A stretch of 63,975 bases of DNA, the filler included, from Reticulomyxa filosa (lineage: Eukaryota; Protista; Foraminifera): the NCBI GenBank assembly GCA_000512085.1. It is 19 parts of 19 records of this genome, joined end to end, with 100 filler letters (N's around TTAATTAATTAA, not from the genome) between each part and the next. Parts side by side here need not be neighbours in the genome. Positions count along the whole stretch, not along the records: positions 62,615 to 63,975 come from ASPP01000914.1; 18 more parts are not named here. One strand, written 5' to 3'. Each line of letters begins with the position of its first letter. Position 1 is the stretch's first letter. Position numbers and translations under genes: made by a program. The notes beneath the pieces were generated by a model. That model saw only the letters and a list, made by a program, of their open reading frames with translations. It searched no databases and was not told where the DNA came from. Positions 63,480 to 63,975 of this stretch are shown here, one piece after another.

Positions 63480-63975
63480 AGAGCTTGCCTTCGTCGCCAT
63501 TCGAGAGGATGAAATTAGGAGATTACATTGACAGTGTCATAAGCAGTCTGGTTCATTAAATCAAGAATTTAACACATTGCAATCCTCGCCTCTTATGAGT
63601 GTCTGCTGCACCATTCCAAAATGCTAGACTTGGACGGATGATGGTCTTGTATAATAGATTGTACGTAGATAAACTTGGTCTGACTCCTTTATATGAGCAT
63701 AAGTATGTCAAATATCCAAGTTTCCTCGCTGCCTTGCCGTACACGTTGCAGTTGATATCAGCAAACAACACTTATCCAATTTGCTAATAGCTTCAATGAC
63801 GCAAAAAATGGACAAATCGAACAAAAAGAAAACCAAGATGATAAACAAAGAATTGTAAGGCAGCCAATATGTGATTTTATCGCAAGACATTTGCTGCTGA
63901 ACAAAAGAGAAGAAGCAGTGACAAATCCTGAAGTGAATAGATTTATCCTGCTTCGTGGTGTATCAATCCATGAAA
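63480..63975 (-). mobile_element. Decayed LINE ORF2 fragment (post-RT/thumb region)
   Basis: 'VYGKAARKLGYL..L.......STYNLLYKTIIRPSL..W' is the conserved LINE segment after the RT domain. Confidence 0.75.

Noticed and set aside
1-63975. Prokaryotic operons, CRISPR arrays or defence islands
   Set aside because: Genes have spliceosomal introns and eukaryote-specific products, and no repeat-spacer arrays were seen.

Overview
This is not one contiguous locus. It is 19 eukaryotic contigs joined by 18 artificial 100-nt spacers (44 N + TTAATTAATTAA + 44 N), usually breaking at homopolymer or microsatellite runs. The DNA is AT-rich with many short GT-AG introns, poly-Asn tracts and expanded WD40/Kelch/RING families, which by recognition (not by search) fits a foraminiferan such as Reticulomyxa filosa. 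Recognisable genes: an RGS-domain protein with a very large insert, DDX1, a tandem-GAF protein, several WD40 and Kelch-like/WD40 proteins, a RING fragment, a mitochondrial carrier, a VIT/vWA protein, a bacterial-like xylitol-dehydrogenase-type SDR, a DD3-3 homologue, VPS52, a probable UPF2, a C2H2 zinc-finger protein, a 7TM-like protein, a SPRY-like protein and a single-pass membrane protein with tandem YxxP repeats. There are also decayed LINEs and an internally deleted Ty3/Gypsy element. Best leads: (1) a recurring ~30-aa exon-encoded motif (W-x-R...W/F-x-x-D/E...[IL]V-x-Y/F) placed before WD40 and SPRY-like domains, possibly a lineage-specific cullin-adaptor system; (2) a candidate Bacteroidetes-type VLRF1 release factor with a mitochondrial-like presequence; (3) an intron-invaded bacterial-type xylitol dehydrogenase; (4) a GC-rich structured island and a conserved stem-loop next to LINE relics. 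All homologies are from memory and need database confirmation. Exon boundaries are manual.
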